64,000 nt of DNA. Source: an uncultured bacterium. Lineage in GTDB: Bacteria; Patescibacteriota; Microgenomatia; Levybacterales; UBA12049. A program made the position numbers and the translations under genes. Below the pieces are notes generated by a model. The model was not told the origin of the DNA and searched no databases. It was given only the letters and a program-made list of their open reading frames with translations. Positions 10,263 to 19,936 of the stretch are shown piece after piece (the stretch's first letter is position 1; the number at the start of each line of letters is the position of its first letter). The stretch spans positions 512,809 through 576,808 of the forward strand of contig CAWGXL010000011.1 of NCBI GenBank assembly GCA_963826535.1. Reading direction: 5' to 3'.

Positions 10263-13200
10263 ATTTATAATCCACCAGTTAATCTTTATATCTTTGTTGA
10301 TTGTATAGGGAATTGCAATAGTAAATGATTCACCGGTTTGGCGGGCTATATATGGGCTGAGTCCTTGGGTGTCTGATGCTGCTGAGAGATAGACTAGAGA
10401 TTCAGTCTTGACATACGGACTGATAATTGTTCTTTCAGTTTCATATGCCGTTATAATAGCAGTTCCGGCTGAAGATGAGGCTATGGTTTGAACAAGGGAA
10501 GTGTCAGCTTGCGCGCCTCGGATGATGTTGAATCCATTTGCGGCGACGCGCGCGAAAATTCCTGAGCCGGAGGCAATAATATCACCTACCTGATTAACAG
10601 CAAGAATTCCACTACCTGAAGAGTTTTGAATTATTAATTTTGACTGCTGATTGTTCGATTGTTCCATTGTTCCATTGTTAAGCTCCAGGATTAGGTCTTG
10701 ATTTGGGATGGGCGCGATTAGTGAGGCTGTCAGTTTGCCTTTGACAGCAACATCTTTGGCAAAGGTTGCGTTGCCGCTAACTTTAAGATTTCCGTTGGTG
10801 TCAATGGCTACTAAGTTTCCCATAATCGAAAGATTGCCTTGACGAAGTGGTTGTAGTTCTAAGTCACTGCCTAATGTGTTTATAGTGTTATTTGCTAAAA
10901 TCAAGTTTCCGCCTACATTGAGATTTCCGGCTATGGCAACATCCGAGAGAGTTGAAGGACCCAGCACCATCATTCCTTTGGAAAATTGGGCACGGTCTGA
11001 TTTTAAGGATGGTGTATAAGCCAGTTGTCCTGATAGGGAAGAAAGATTGGCGTAATCATTTGTTAATTGTTGATTGTTGTTTATGAGCTGCAATAATTCT
11101 AAATTATCCGGTTGAGCCGGGGGAGTCACATTCTCAATGATTGGTAATCCCGATATAATCGGGACTGGTTGGTGGTTGGTGATTGATGTATTTTGTAATG
11201 CGGACGTAGTCGCGGTTGGGCTGTTGAAATTTGCAGGAGAAGAGGCTATTAGTGAGGCTGGGTATAAGCCTGCACCTTGCTCCGCAGAGTTTGATGCATT
11301 CTCCGAAGCAGAACCTGAGGCATTAAAGATATTAGTGACATTGGTTATGTAAGCAGCTGAAAGGCTTGCAGATACATTATTATCAGAGGCAAGTTGACCT
11401 GAAGTACTTGCAACAGGGTTAGGGGTTAGGGGTAGGGGTGTTGGAGAGGCTGAGGTTGAGGCTAGAGGACTTAGAAGCTTGTTAGCTTTCAGCTCCTGGC
11501 TATCAGCTATCAGATTTAACTTTATACTTAATAATTCTTCTTTGATAAATTGATCTATCGATTCCTGGATAATTGCAGCTATGTATTCTTGAAGAGTTTG
11601 GCCACCTATTGTGATATTATCTGAAGTTACCTGCAATGAATCCGTCGCTGTTTTTTCGGCCTGTATAAATCCTACTTGAATATTAGTAATAATATTTTTT
11701 GTTAAAGCTTGAATAAGGCTGGAACTAGTACCTAAATTATCTTCAAGATTATACTTTTCAGTATAACCTGTAGAAGTAGAAGGGTCAAAAAATGATAGGT
11801 TAATAAAGACTATAATTTTGCCTGTTTGGTTTGGATAGGGATTTGTATAACTTTCCAAAGCTTTTCCTATAACTGTGCCTGACTTACTGGCTTTCATAGC
11901 TACACCAGGCAGAGAGGAGCTGGTTAAAAAGTCACCTGGTTGTATTATCCCATTTTCCGAGGATACTTTAACCGGTACTCTTCCAGAAAGCGCAATTGGA
12001 ATGATATATGGATGAGCACTATCTGTCAATGCATCAGAATTTAACGTTATACCAGGACGGGTTGAAACAATACCAATGGTCTGGGATTGATAAGCTTTCA
12101 CAGTTTTAATAACTGAAGGGTTATTATTATTTTCTTCAGGCATGACAACATCTCCCGGTTCCAGAGAATCAGCTGATACATAGTTTTCCGCTACATCAGC
12201 ATTTTGTACTATTGTGTTGGCTGCATAGATTGTGCCAGATGTGTTCCCTGCGCATGGTCCTGTAGTATTTTTTACACAAAGAGACCCGGCGATTTTTAGA
12301 GTATTTTCAGGTTTATTATCGGCAATTCCTATATTCCCGTTTTGAGCTATGGTAAAACTGGGGGATCCTGATGAAGATGAGGTGAAGATATCACCAGTAG
12401 TGTTTCTTTGCCAGAAACCGCTTACGGTCGCGGTTGGGCTGGTATATATATTGTCAATATAGCCGTTATTCCAGTGTTTTGTGGCAGATCCTAGATCGTA
12501 AGTGCCAGAAGTAAAAGGGATTAAATTCGAGGCTACATTGCCTGAGATAATTAGGGAGCGATCTGCGCTTATTGTTATGCCTCCGTTTGCAATAAGCGTG
12601 TTATTTATTTTGGTCGCTCCTGAGGGCCCACCTATAGAAATAGAACTCGCAGAACCAGCGATATTTAGATTGATAGTATTAGTGTTAAGTAGATCAAAGG
12701 AGGTATTTGCCGATGTTAAGTTGTTACCATTGATGACCAGATTCCCGGCAAATATGCCTGTACCATTGTTTTCGAGGGTAAACTTAGCAGTCCCACTTGC
12801 CGAAGCGCTAATTATGGGACCTGTAGAGTTTTGATTGATAGTGAATGCTGATTGGCCACTTGAGGTGGCTAGAACTGCAAATAAATCGTCAATTTCAACT
12901 GCACCTTGGGCTGAAGTTATATTATTATTGTTTGTTGTATTTTGTAATGGTTTTTGTAGATCAATTACTCCAATTCCGTTCGGAGAGATTTCAATATTGC
13001 CATCCGATCCTGCTGTTGAATTTAAAACAAGAGTTTTGCCGGAAATGGTAAATTTACCTCCGCTCGCCTGAAAGATTGGATTAGCTTTTCCACCTATAGT
13101 AAGATTTCCAGCAGAGTCCAATGCAAGTACAACATTATTTGTTCCAGCACCATTTTTAGTTATAGGTATTAATCCCTGTAGTTTTTCTGAATTATTTGAT

Positions 13201-14717
13201 AAAGATAATGTGGCTAGTTGTTGCCTTGGTTCCAGTTCATTGTCTGTACCAACTGTCATACCAAGATATAGGTTGGGGTTTTCTGAAAAAATAGAAGATA
13301 GCAGTTGATTGTTTCTGCCTATAATTGCGGAAAATTTACCTTCTTGATTTGGTCTGATATCTTGCACTTCCTGCCATAGTAATGCAGAACCTGAGGCAGA
13401 TTGGTTATTATATAGAGCGAATCTCAGCGGAGTGACTGAGGTTATTGGATTATTCTTTTCGTCTGATATTATTCCCTGAAATCTGATAGTTTTTGGAGGA
13501 GGTATAGAAGCACTTGCAAATACAGGTTTTTGTTTACTTAAATCCGGGTAAAACGAACCATATAAAGCAGACCCAAAAAGGGTTGTAAAAATGATAAGAA
13601 TACCTACATGCAAGTAAGTTGTTATAGGATATGAATGATATATTTTGTACCATTTTGGTCTTGTATGTTTAAGGTGATGAAATATTTTTTTATGTTTTGG
13701 CAATCCATTTATGGATATGCTTAAGGGGGCGTATGTTGATTTTGGAATATTTTGAATATCATGTTTTTTGATATTTTTTGATATATTAAATATAGATAAA
13801 AGGGGAATAGTTTTTTTATTTTCATCAATTCCTGCGTGAATGTCTACCTGAAATGGCTTAAAAACGTTTCCTCCACTTAATAACCAGATAAAATGTTCAG
13901 CTTTAGATATTAGTTTTGTAATAGGCAAGGTGAGGAGAAAGTCTAATATTGTTAAATATCCTAGAGATTTTTCTATATTTTCATTTTCGTTTATTTTTTG
14001 GATATTTTGGCCTTGTATTTCTTTGAAAATACTTAGATTAGTTTTTATTTTATGTCTTGTAGTTTTTTCTGTTTGAAGATTTGGTATTTGGCTTATTTTG
14101 ACTGTTTTTTTTCCTAGCCATGAAAGGTATTTGCGTATGGAGGATAATTTACGGTTTATTGAAGTAGGAGATAAGTGGACTACTAATAACAGCCTGTTTT
14201 TATATTCATTGATGACGAATTGATCTATGTTGTTTATTATTTCTGTGTTCTGGCTAGCAATAGGCTTAGATGGTGTAACTTTTTCGAACCAAGAAAGAAA
14301 TTGTTTTATATCCATAAGGTAGTTTTTCGTAGTTAACTTTGACAGATTATCACTTAATAGATATAGCCTGAATTCGTTAAGCATAAGCCGGTCAATTGGG
14401 AGTTCTTTAGTGTCAATTTCCTGGTCGAATGGGTTGTTAATTATTACTTTATTAAATTTTAAGAAATAGAAGAAGCTTCTAAGTGAAGATAAATAGCGTT
14501 CAATTGAGCTTGTGGATGCCTTATCTTTCAGCAAAGACATTTTATAAAGTTTAATTGTCTCAATGCTTATCTTTTTTGGAATGAAGGCGGAATTAGAGTA
14601 TTCTTCGCTCCATCTTATAAATCTTCTGGCGTCAGAGATATAATTTTTAACTGTAAATTTTGACGGTTTATTTTTTTTGGATAGTAAATGTATTTTGAAT
14701 TGTTCTAAAATATTCAT
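10260..14717 (-). CDS. giant membrane/surface protein (1485 aa): two tandem phage-integrase-N-terminal SAM-like (core-binding-like) domains, TM segment, large Thr/Ser/Asn/Gly-rich extracellular repeat region
   Basis: N-terminal ~200 aa contain two repeats resembling the tyrosine-recombinase core-binding domain (KNYISDARRFIRW...IERYLSSLRSFFYFL; TKNYLMDIKQFLSWF...INRKLSSIRKYLSWL). Hydrophobic helix at about aa 360-385 (YPITTYLHVGILIIFTTLFGSALYG). No C-terminal catalytic integrase domain. Plus-strand ORFs inside are antisense artefacts. Confidence 0.75.
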   Translation of the reverse strand: MNILEQFKIHLLSKKNKPSKFTVKNYISDARRFIRWSEEYSNSAFIPKKISIETIKLYKMSLLKDKASTSSIERYLSSLRSFFYFLKFNKVIINNPFDQEIDTKELPIDRLMLNEFRLYLLSDNLSKLTTKNYLMDIKQFLSWFEKVTPSKPIASQNTEIINNIDQFVINEYKNRLLLVVHLSPTSINRKLSSIRKYLSWLGKKTVKISQIPNLQTEKTTRHKIKTNLSIFKEIQGQNIQKINENENIEKSLGYLTILDFLLTLPITKLISKAEHFIWLLSGGNVFKPFQVDIHAGIDENKKTIPLLSIFNISKNIKKHDIQNIPKSTYAPLSISINGLPKHKKIFHHLKHTRPKWYKIYHSYPITTYLHVGILIIFTTLFGSALYGSFYPDLSKQKPVFASASIPPPKTIRFQGIISDEKNNPITSVTPLRFALYNNQSASGSALLWQEVQDIRPNQEGKFSAIIGRNNQLLSSIFSENPNLYLGMTVGTDNELEPRQQLATLSLSNNSEKLQGLIPITKNGAGTNNVVLALDSAGNLTIGGKANPIFQASGGKFTISGKTLVLNSTAGSDGNIEISPNGIGVIDLQKPLQNTTNNNNITSAQGAVEIDDLFAVLATSSGQSAFTINQNSTGPIISASASGTAKFTLENNGTGIFAGNLVINGNNLTSANTSFDLLNTNTINLNIAGSASSISIGGPSGATKINNTLIANGGITISADRSLIISGNVASNLIPFTSGTYDLGSATKHWNNGYIDNIYTSPTATVSGFWQRNTTGDIFTSSSSGSPSFTIAQNGNIGIADNKPENTLKIAGSLCVKNTTGPCAGNTSGTIYAANTIVQNADVAENYVSADSLEPGDVVMPEENNNNPSVIKTVKAYQSQTIGIVSTRPGITLNSDALTDSAHPYIIPIALSGRVPVKVSSENGIIQPGDFLTSSSLPGVAMKASKSGTVIGKALESYTNPYPNQTGKIIVFINLSFFDPSTSTGYTEKYNLEDNLGTSSSLIQALTKNIITNIQVGFIQAEKTATDSLQVTSDNITIGGQTLQEYIAAIIQESIDQFIKEELLSIKLNLIADSQELKANKLLSPLASTSASPTPLPLTPNPVASTSGQLASDNNVSASLSAAYITNVTNIFNASGSASENASNSAEQGAGLYPASLIASSPANFNSPTATTSALQNTSITNHQPVPIISGLPIIENVTPPAQPDNLELLQLINNNQQLTNDYANLSSLSGQLAYTPSLKSDRAQFSKGMMVLGPSTLSDVAIAGNLNVGGNLILANNTINTLGSDLELQPLRQGNLSIMGNLVAIDTNGNLKVSGNATFAKDVAVKGKLTASLIAPIPNQDLILELNNGTMEQSNNQQSKLIIQNSSGSGILAVNQVGDIIASGSGIFARVAANGFNIIRGAQADTSLVQTIASSSAGTAIITAYETERTIISPYVKTESLVYLSAASDTQGLSPYIARQTGESFTIAIPYTINKDIKINWWIIN

Positions 14718-16230
14718 AGGCGTATCCTATATATTAGCCTTGAAATTATACAGATTATACCGTGAACTTTATACCTAATAATAGCTTATAACCTTTAGAG
14801 AAGAGTTGTCAATAGGCATAAATGATATATATTTATATATTTATATATATTATTATATATAGAAAATAAGACGAACTATTAGCAAATGCTTTGTGAAAAG
14901 TTTTTTTTAACCGTGAAAATCATTAATTTAGCCTGGTAGTACTAAATATGGGTATGGATAGGGATCTAAAGTGGAGTTAACATGGCTAGTTTTGTAAATA
15001 TACATAAATTAAAAAGTAATTTTTACTTATTTATATTCTTAAATCTTAAATTTGCTTGTCTTAACAGTCTAAATTTATTAATATTGAAAAGTATATTAGT
15101 TATTAACATTTATACGGATGATAAAGTAGGGCAAAAATTTAATCAGGTAAAGTAAATGTCTATTTCAACCCGTTTTAGATCTATTTTTATAACTTTAATA
15201 TTATATAATATGGGCTTATTTTTAATTAGTTTAACTCTATGTTTTTAGATCTTATAGTAATAGTCAACTTTTGAGTATTAATTTCTTATATACTGTCCTT
15301 AACTCTAATTTACTATTTATCAGTAGCTATTGTTGAGTGCTAGGTTATTAATATTATTATTTGGACTATATTGTTAACTAATTATGCTAATTTCGTTTGT
15401 CAGTTTATAAGCATATCTCTAATAGGGCTATTCTTTTATAGAGGTATAGAATAGCTCTTAAAATTTTATCTGGAGGGTTATTAGTTTTACTTATTTAAAT
15501 ACATTTAATATTATAAGTTTTTAGTTCGTATTTATTTTTTAAGTATAATTATTGGTAATTTCAACTCAATTATTGGGTCGTATAATGAGTTTGCCGGGGT
15601 CTTTTAATATATTATATTGTTTTTTTAGAGTTCAATTAGCTTTCAGCTAATTAAAAGTCTATCTATTTCTTAATTAAGTCAATTTTTGCTTACTAATATT
15701 GGTATTTATGTTAATAGTATCAATTACCTATATATATTTAGGTAATTAAATTTATCTTATAATTTTGCTTTATATCATTTTTTCATCAATTTAACTCATC
15801 TTAAGTAGCAGCTTTTCTTCTAGCCAGGGCCTCTGAAAGGCCATATAGGACTTTAATTCTCTTAAATAGGGGCATTGTGTACTGGAAATCTATTATCTAT
15901 TCCCTTATTATATTTTCTTTTTTACATATATTAAATCAATTCTAGGTAAACTAAACTATCCCTTATCATCAGGCTATTTTTAAGTCTTGTAGTTTTCATT
16001 TTAATCTTATAATAGTACTTCTATTTTTGTTTATAATAGTTATAATATTTGGCTTTTTTATGCCTATTTTAATATTATAGGTTAAATGGTATATATATTT
16101 ATGCTTTAAGATATTATTTACCTGTGAATTACCTTTTAGATATGGTTAGTCGCAATGAAAAGTATTAACCTACTTTATTCTAATTGCAGAGCTGTTCACA
16201 TTATTGTTAACATATTATTAGGATGAAAAT
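14718..16230. other. 1.5 kb extremely AT-rich ORF-free region
   Basis: No ORF >60 aa on either strand. Poly-TA tracts (14820-14870). Lies next to transposase remnants. Confidence 0.5.
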
Positions 16231-16232
16231 GA

Positions 16233-17040
16233 CGAAATCTGCCCTTCGTCTGTCAAGTGGGGATAAGATTATTATAATTAAGAAAGTATTAGGAGGTAAA
16301 TCTATATCCTCGTCCTGTAGAAATGCAGGAATTTCACGAACGATATTCTATAAGTGGTTAAAGCAATAGTCTAGAGGCACTCCTAATAGTATTATTAAGG
16401 ATCTTTCAGCAAGAAATCCAAAAGGAAATCAAAACTGGAGGAAAATCGAAAGCAAACTATCACGCAGGATAGTAAAATTAGCATTAAGTCATCCTGATTA
16501 TAGTATAAGAACTATTGCTACAAGTTCAGAATTAAGTATTGGTTTTGTGTGGGAATTACTTAATAATAAATCACTTGCAACTAAATCTGATAGAAATAAA
16601 AGCCTTGATGTTTATGGGAAAATATATATAGGCCGATTATAGGTAGCGATAAGGAATTGATGATTAGGAGGTTTGAAAATGGTGATTCAATTAATACAAT
16701 TTGTAGGGATTTTCGAATATCCAGAACTATATTTTATAATTGGTTAAAAAAGTATAAAAAATCTAATAGTAATATTGAAGTTTTAAAGAACAGGAGGCCA
16801 AGTGGCAATGAACATTGGAGGTTTATATCAGGTTTAAATGAAATAGTAGCAGATTTTATAACAATTCATCCGGAATGTTCATTAAATCAAATACATTAAC
16901 TAATTCTTGAGAAGAAAGGAGTTAATGTCAGTAGATCCGGTTTATAATATATTTTAAAACGTTTGGACCATAATACTGCTGATAAAAGGCTTAAATATGC
17001 AGCTGCTCACAAGCTTGTAAGCAGACAATTGTACTCAGTG
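16233..17040 (+). pseudogene. two tandem degraded copies of the N-terminal HTH region of an IS630/Tc1-like transposase (no DDE domain)
   Basis: Copy 1: MTKSALRLSSGDKIIIIKKVLGGKSISSSCRNAGISRTIFYKWLKQ* then RNPKGNQNWRKI...HPDYSIRTIA in another frame. Copy 2 (16657..16899): ...ICRDFRISRTIFYNWLKKYK...RRPSGNEHW..., then LILEKKGVNVSRSGLYNILKRL after a stop. Frames are broken by stops. Confidence 0.5.
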
Positions 17041-17084
17041 CCAGACTTAGAATTGCCTCGAATTCCAAGGTATTCGTTCCTTTC

Positions 17085-17140
17085 TTCCCCCCACCCCTGT
17101 CAAGCAGGCGTGCTCCTTGGTCCGCCTCCCCATATAATAA
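17085..17140. repeat. degenerate copy of GC-rich MITE-like element
   Basis: CCCCACCCCTGTCAAGCAGGCGTGCTCCTTGGTCCGCCTCCCC parallels the 9781 and 19621 elements. Confidence 0.4.
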
Positions 17141-17574
17141 AATAATTTCTTCCTTTGCTTATTTTTTGGGGATCTCCATTTCTACTTTTTTGTCCGCTAT
17201 ATTACTACTATATATATTTAATATTTATTCAGGAGAAAGTATACCCTATAAAATTGGAATCTTTTTTGCTTTCATCTCACTATTCCTGGGTCTTATTTTT
17301 TTTCTTTATTCCCTCAAGTATTATATTTCTATTGCGGTTGTGTTGTCATTCTCCAGACAAGTAGATTCCACTCCGTCCAGACTTAGAGGGGTAGGAGGCC
17401 ATTTGACCACGTCAAACCCTGGGGCTAGCTCAGCCTTTGCAAGATTTCTAGCTGGTGTGTTTGGGGTATCGATCAGTGTTGAGTCAGATCCTAAATTATC
17501 CGGTACGTGGCACAGCCGGTTCATATAAGCTTTCCTACATTTGTTAATTCGGGAGTGGGTTAATTTATTCTTTA

Positions 17575-17605
17575 TCTAAAAGGAAAAGGCCGCCTCAGCG
17601 GATGA
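17575..17605 (-). terminator. rho-independent terminator downstream of minus-strand surface-protein operon
   Basis: On minus strand CCGCTGAGGCGG hairpin followed by CCTTTTCCTTTT. Confidence 0.45.
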
Positions 17606-17726
17606 AATGATCAAAAGATTGCTCAATTGTTGAATTGCTATATTGTTAATTTGTTTAACATTAAGATTGAAAAATTGTTGACCTTGTAGAGGCCTAGAAG
17701 GGCAGTTAAAATTTTAAGAGTACTAG

Positions 17727-18884
17727 TTATCTATCTGTTTTTAGGCGGTATCTGACGCGGAGAAAAATAGTTATGGCTATAGCCAATGCCAGGGTAATAA
17801 CGATAATCAGTTGTAATGGTAGTGCTAAGAATACAATTGATTGGTTAAAAATAGGTCCTTTTTCGGAAAGAGCAAGGTTGAGAGTCGCTGTATAGGGACC
17901 AAGCAGAAAATTTTCATTCCAGAAAATTTTCTGCACTGAGAACTTACCTGCCTCGCCGGCAGGCAGGGAACTTTGAACTGAGGAAAAGGATGAATTTGAA
18001 CGTGTTTGATTGTTTCCCAGGTTGACTAGTTTCGTTGAAGCCTCGTCGGTGAGAGAGCGAGTGCTGGAGGAGAGAATGTTGGCAGGCGAGATATCCAGCC
18101 TGGCAATGGTTTGGCCAAAAATATTTTTGATAAAAATTATTCCTTTGGGGGTAATAAAGTGTGGTCCGGTGTTTTTAATTCTTACCGTGAATTCAACCGG
18201 GCCGGATTGGAGAAAGTTGGGAGCAGAAAATTCTTCGATTGCAGCTTGAGGCTGGTTTTTGGATCTAATAGATAGCAATACATTGGCTGCAATTCCCGCA
18301 TTTATGGTTGAGAAATTTTGATCTTGTGTATTAGCTTCAGGGGCAGGACCTACTTCTTCAGGCTGAGAGGGGGTTTGCGGGACTGAACCCGCCTCCGCCA
18401 AAGGCTTCGGCGATGCAAGAAATATTAGAGAAAAATAATAATCAGAAATTTTTTCGTTTTTGGGGATAGTGAAATGGAGTTCAAGATTTTTCTTCTGTTT
18501 TGGACCTAGCTCAAAATGGGTTGTGACGATTCCATTGTCTGTGAGGCTAATCTTACTAAAGATATTTTTGTAGGAATCGGGTGTTTGGTCGTTGAAATAT
18601 TCAATTTGTCCGGATTCGCCATATGGACGGAAAGGTTTGAAGAGTACTTGGATATTAATAGGTTCAGTTCCTTGGTTTTGTAGAGTTAAAGGTGTTTTAG
18701 ATTCTGCTGGTGGATTTAGATGGATTTGAAGTAGTGAGGGGGAAACGGAGAGAGAGATTCCGTCTGCGTTTACAGTACTAAAGTTGAAAGTTAAAAGAGC
18801 AAAGTTCAAAGTTGCAGTGCAAAGTGCAAAGTTTAAACAAAAATAAATAATTTTTAATTTTGAATTGTAGTTTTGAGTTTTCAT
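17727..18884 (-). CDS. cell-surface protein with N-terminal signal peptide and C-terminal TM anchor
   Basis: N-terminal hydrophobic leader encoded by AAAGTTC-type heptamer repeats. C-terminal LALPLQLIIVITLALAIAITIFLRVRYR anchor. Confidence 0.55.
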   Translation of the reverse strand: MKTQNYNSKLKIIYFCLNFALCTATLNFALLTFNFSTVNADGISLSVSPSLLQIHLNPPAESKTPLTLQNQGTEPINIQVLFKPFRPYGESGQIEYFNDQTPDSYKNIFSKISLTDNGIVTTHFELGPKQKKNLELHFTIPKNEKISDYYFSLIFLASPKPLAEAGSVPQTPSQPEEVGPAPEANTQDQNFSTINAGIAANVLLSIRSKNQPQAAIEEFSAPNFLQSGPVEFTVRIKNTGPHFITPKGIIFIKNIFGQTIARLDISPANILSSSTRSLTDEASTKLVNLGNNQTRSNSSFSSVQSSLPAGEAGKFSVQKIFWNENFLLGPYTATLNLALSEKGPIFNQSIVFLALPLQLIIVITLALAIAITIFLRVRYRLKTDR

Positions 18885-18885
18885 T

Positions 18886-19587
18886 TTAGTATCCCGGTGC
18901 TGCGATGTAGGTGATATTGTTCGTATATGAACCGGCGGGTTGGGTTTTGGAGATATTTACTTTATAAGTTATTTCTGCTTCTTGAACTTCCTGCATGTTG
19001 TTGTTTGACATTATTATTTGGGGAGTTTCGTTTTTTGTGAAATCAGAAAACTGTTTGTAGTAATTTTTAATCTGAAAATCTACAGGACAGTTTTTACCAA
19101 TTACATCATCACAACGATATCCGAGTCCATAGGTGAGAGTATTTTCCCATAAGGCAGTGGTAATTTCAGAGCACGAGCCATTATCGCAGGTTGAGTCGGG
19201 GATGGTTGTAGTAGTTCCTTTAATGAGTAAAGGATGGTCCTGGTATAATGTTACTATAAACTTATTTTTTATATTCGACACTGAAAGGTTTGTAGTCCTA
19301 TAGACTGGGTTAGTCGAAGTAAGGATGCCATAATCTATTATCGAGTTGGAGATGTTGAATGAGAATGGGGTTTTGGAGTCAGTGGTTTCTTTTGGGATTT
19401 GGGTGGCTTTTTCGTTTGGTAGTCGGTTTTTTTTAATACTAATAGTGGGTACTTCAGAATTAATATTTATATCATCCACTTGAATTGTCCAATTATCATC
19501 GGTTGATATTGAGGCATAGGTTTTTGACTGGTGCGAATTAAGTATTAATATTAAAGAACATAGAAATATTATGGTGAAAATTTTCAT
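18886..19587 (-). CDS. secreted Cys-containing protein, co-operonic with 17727..18884
   Basis: Signal peptide MKIFTIIFLCSLILILNS. Lies 2 nt upstream of the next gene. Confidence 0.5.
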   Translation of the reverse strand: MKIFTIIFLCSLILILNSHQSKTYASISTDDNWTIQVDDININSEVPTISIKKNRLPNEKATQIPKETTDSKTPFSFNISNSIIDYGILTSTNPVYRTTNLSVSNIKNKFIVTLYQDHPLLIKGTTTTIPDSTCDNGSCSEITTALWENTLTYGLGYRCDDVIGKNCPVDFQIKNYYKQFSDFTKNETPQIIMSNNNMQEVQEAEITYKVNISKTQPAGSYTNNITYIAAPGY

Positions 19588-19620
19588 AAGAGGCGTATGT
19601 ATTATTATATAGTCTTATTT

Positions 19621-19830
19621 TTGAAATCTCAAATTTATATGGCCGGGGTCCTTTCTCCCTCCCACCCCTGTCTCGCTTCGCTCGCAGGCGGGCTCCTTCC
19701 TTCGGTCGTCCGCCCCCAGTCTCCCACAAGTGGACTATCTTCTTAGAAGGGTCGCCACGTCCTCCTTCTCCGCCAGCTGGCGGATCGCTGCGGGCGCTCG
19801 ATGGGTTCCCCAACGCCCGCCACCCCTGAC
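19621..19830. repeat. composite GC-rich element upstream of leuS (MITE-like module + CCCACAAG-GGAC hairpin module + CTGCGGGCGCTCGATGGG module)
   Basis: Shares long blocks with 9781-9900 and 24784-24900. Internal variant of the TCCCCACAAGGGGACTACCTTCTTCGAAGGGTCG element at 19722-19765. Confidence 0.55.
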
Positions 19831-19936
19831 GCCTTTTTTTAAGAGTAATATTATACCTAACTTGTTTAAGAAGTGTAAATGTAACGGATTTACAACGGGC
19901 TTTTTTCTTTTTAAGCTGTATGCTATACTGCTGAAG

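Noticed and set aside
11137-13071. Plus-strand ORFs inside the 10260..14717 giant gene
   Set aside because: Antisense artefacts of a long low-complexity coding region.
17166-17528. ORFs 17166..17528 (+) and 17321..17524 (-)
   Set aside because: Mutually overlapping on opposite strands across a GC-rich segment with no ribosome-binding site or homology signal. Treated as possible non-coding sequence.
19621-19936. T-box riboswitch upstream of leuS
   Set aside because: No AAnnnGGGTGGnACCGCG T-box consensus or specifier-loop arrangement. The GC-rich leader is instead a copy of a repeat family found at unrelated loci.
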